A stretch of DNA of 61,953 nt, filler included, from Globobulimina sp. (taxonomy: Eukaryota): NCBI GenBank assembly GCA_003354225.1. It is 30 parts of 30 records of this genome, joined end to end, with 100 filler letters (N's around TTAATTAATTAA, not from the genome) between each part and the next. Parts side by side here need not be neighbours in the genome. Positions count along the whole stretch, not along the records: positions 59,988 to 61,953 come from PIVH01010139.1; 29 more parts are not named here. One strand, given 5' to 3'. This document shows, one piece after another, positions 60,485 through 61,953 of the stretch; the stretch's first letter is position 1; every line of letters starts with the position of its first letter. Made by a program: the position numbers and the translations under genes. A model generated the notes under the pieces. That model saw only the letters and a list, made by a program, of their open reading frames with translations. It had not been told where the DNA came from and searched no databases.

Positions 60485-61408
60485 ATGTCGAGCTTGTGTC
60501 AATTGGTCTCAGTCATTTGGATGCTATGTATGCGTATGATATATGCCGACAAGGGCAGTATTGTAGTTTTTGGTGGAAATGGATTTGTTGGACGTAGAAT
60601 ATGTGAACAAGGGATTGCAAGATCATACCGTGTGATTAGTATATCAAGATCAGGATGTCCGGAAGCATGGAAGTCGTCGGAATGGAGTAAAAAAGTAGAA
60701 TGGTACCAAGCGGATGCATTAAATGTTGAGTCATTCAAAGATTACATTACGAAACAGAAACCAATAGCAATTTTTACTATGATGGGGACAGCCACTGTAA
60801 AACAAATGTATCGATCAGTTGCCCAAATATTTGAGTATGCCGGAACTACAAATATCAATGTTTGTAATGTAGCAGCAAATATTGAAAGTGTACAGAAATT
60901 TGTCTATATTGGAGCTCCAGTCACCGAAATAGGGATTAATCCGTTAAATGCAAATAATAGCTATGCTTTATGGACGCAGTTATGGATTGGACAATATTAC
61001 GCAAAATTAGCAATGGAGAAATGTGTGGATGAGAAATTTGGAGAGAATGGAATTACATTCAGACCAAATGTTGTAGCTGGAGTTCAAAAGAAACACTTTT
61101 TTTTTGGTGGAGCTGTTGAATTTAATCGCGTTCCGTTTTATGAATCGGAGGGATTAAGAAAATTCTATAAATTTATTGCTCCGTCGATAATGTCTGCGAC
61201 TGAGCTGGCAAATGATGCATTGGATTTTATTGAAAATAAGAATAGTGCGCAGTTCAAATGTGTGTCACATTCAAAGAAAGCAATTGTACAGCCGATCGAG
61301 GCTGGTGTGTCGAAAATAGTTATGGAGAATTTAGATAATATTATTTTGGCAATAATCTCGGTAGTGGCAATTTTCTTTGTTTATTCTATCATAAAATGTA
61401 TTAACTGA
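60485..61408 (+). CDS. Atypical SDR / NAD(P)-binding protein (COQ11/NDUFA9-like) with N-terminal signal-like segment and C-terminal TM
   Basis: VVFGGNGFVGRRIC, VISISRSG, W..KVEW..AD, YYAK, FRP; TM IILAIISVVAIFFVYSII. Confidence 0.82.
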   Translation: MSSLCQLVSVIWMLCMRMIYADKGSIVVFGGNGFVGRRICEQGIARSYRVISISRSGCPEAWKSSEWSKKVEWYQADALNVESFKDYITKQKPIAIFTMMGTATVKQMYRSVAQIFEYAGTTNINVCNVAANIESVQKFVYIGAPVTEIGINPLNANNSYALWTQLWIGQYYAKLAMEKCVDEKFGENGITFRPNVVAGVQKKHFFFGGAVEFNRVPFYESEGLRKFYKFIAPSIMSATELANDALDFIENKNSAQFKCVSHSKKAIVQPIEAGVSKIVMENLDNIILAIISVVAIFFVYSIIKCIN

Positions 61409-61705
61409 TGCATGGAACATGAGGAAATGACAACGATTCATGCTTTAATCCGATTCTGTAAATGACAACTTGCTATTTTTTGATATTATGTTACAGATCT
61501 AATTAACATTAAACGATTAGCATGACATTACGCAATATTGTTATGTTGCATCGTGTGTTAATAAAGTTCAAAAAAAACGAAACATTCCTAAGTAATAATC
61601 AGTATTACTGGTATCGATAACGCAATGCTTTTCAGAACAATGAGCATATGCATGTTCTGTGCGACGTTTTGTTTAGCTAGTTTTTTCAGTAAATCCTATA
61701 TTCCA

Positions 61706-61953
61706 ATGAGCTTTGCAGTAAATCCGACCGAGACTCAACAAGAAGGAGATCCGTTGCATATATTCTTGGCAAAGAGTCTAAACACTCGAACAGAAAAAGT
61801 GATCGAAGTGGAACAAAAATTAAAAGAAGAGGACGTATCGATTGATGATATGATGGGATTTTCAGAAAAGGATTTGCGAGACACTCTGTCTGATTTACAG
61901 ATAAAATCATTATTTATTGGCAGAATTATTAAATATTTGAAAACAAAGGAACA
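61706..61953 (+). CDS. SAM-like domain protein, 5' part (absent from the ORF track)
   Basis: MSFAVNPTETQQEGDPLHIFLAK...KLKEEDVSIDDMMGFSEKDLRDTL..L.I...FIGRII, open to the window end. Confidence 0.6.
   Translation, partial: MSFAVNPTETQQEGDPLHIFLAKSLNTRTEKVIEVEQKLKEEDVSIDDMMGFSEKDLRDTLSDLQIKSLFIGRIIKYLKTKE

Noticed and set aside
1-61953. Genome-wide stop-codon reassignment
   Set aside because: Many 300-660-codon ORFs contain no in-frame stop and conserved genes end at TAA or TGA where expected; scattered in-frame TAGs are kept only as low-scoring findings

Overview
This is not a contiguous locus. It is a pseudo-scaffold of 30 unrelated contigs, each about 1.97 kb and sorted by decreasing length (1970 to 1967 bp, last one cut by the window). 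They are joined by an artificial 100-bp spacer (N44-TTAATTAATTAA-N44, stops in all six frames), so adjacency across a spacer means nothing. Most contigs come from an AT-rich, gene-dense eukaryote with short GT-AG introns (about 50-80 nt) and the standard genetic code. The gene repertoire (MATH+SAM, RCC1, PPR, SAM-like and multi-TM families, Asn-rich proteins) suggests a foraminiferan or other rhizarian protist (inference). Recognisable genes, mostly partial: HIBADH, GH35 beta-galactosidase, S8 subtilisin, MMS19, malic enzyme, PEX5, a RING+PHD protein, two RCC1-repeat proteins, two PPR proteins, a dual-specificity phosphatase, LicD-like, BPL_N-like and an atypical SDR. Three retroelement fragments are present: DIRS/Ngaro-like gag+RT, a LINE APE endonuclease and a LINE-type RNase H. 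Most worth follow-up: (1) a stylistically foreign contig (37249-39216) with tightly packed orphan genes, 46-55-nt introns, animal-type promoter motifs and a non-canonical tRNA-like Pol III gene; (2) head-to-head PPR genes, one with plant-editing-type PLS repeats; (3) a malic enzyme and two other normally intracellular enzymes with apparent signal peptides; (4) a circularly permuted 1805-bp unit; (5) non-coding hairpin elements and HSE-like motifs in very short intergenic regions. No CRISPR array, rRNA or prokaryotic operon was found.
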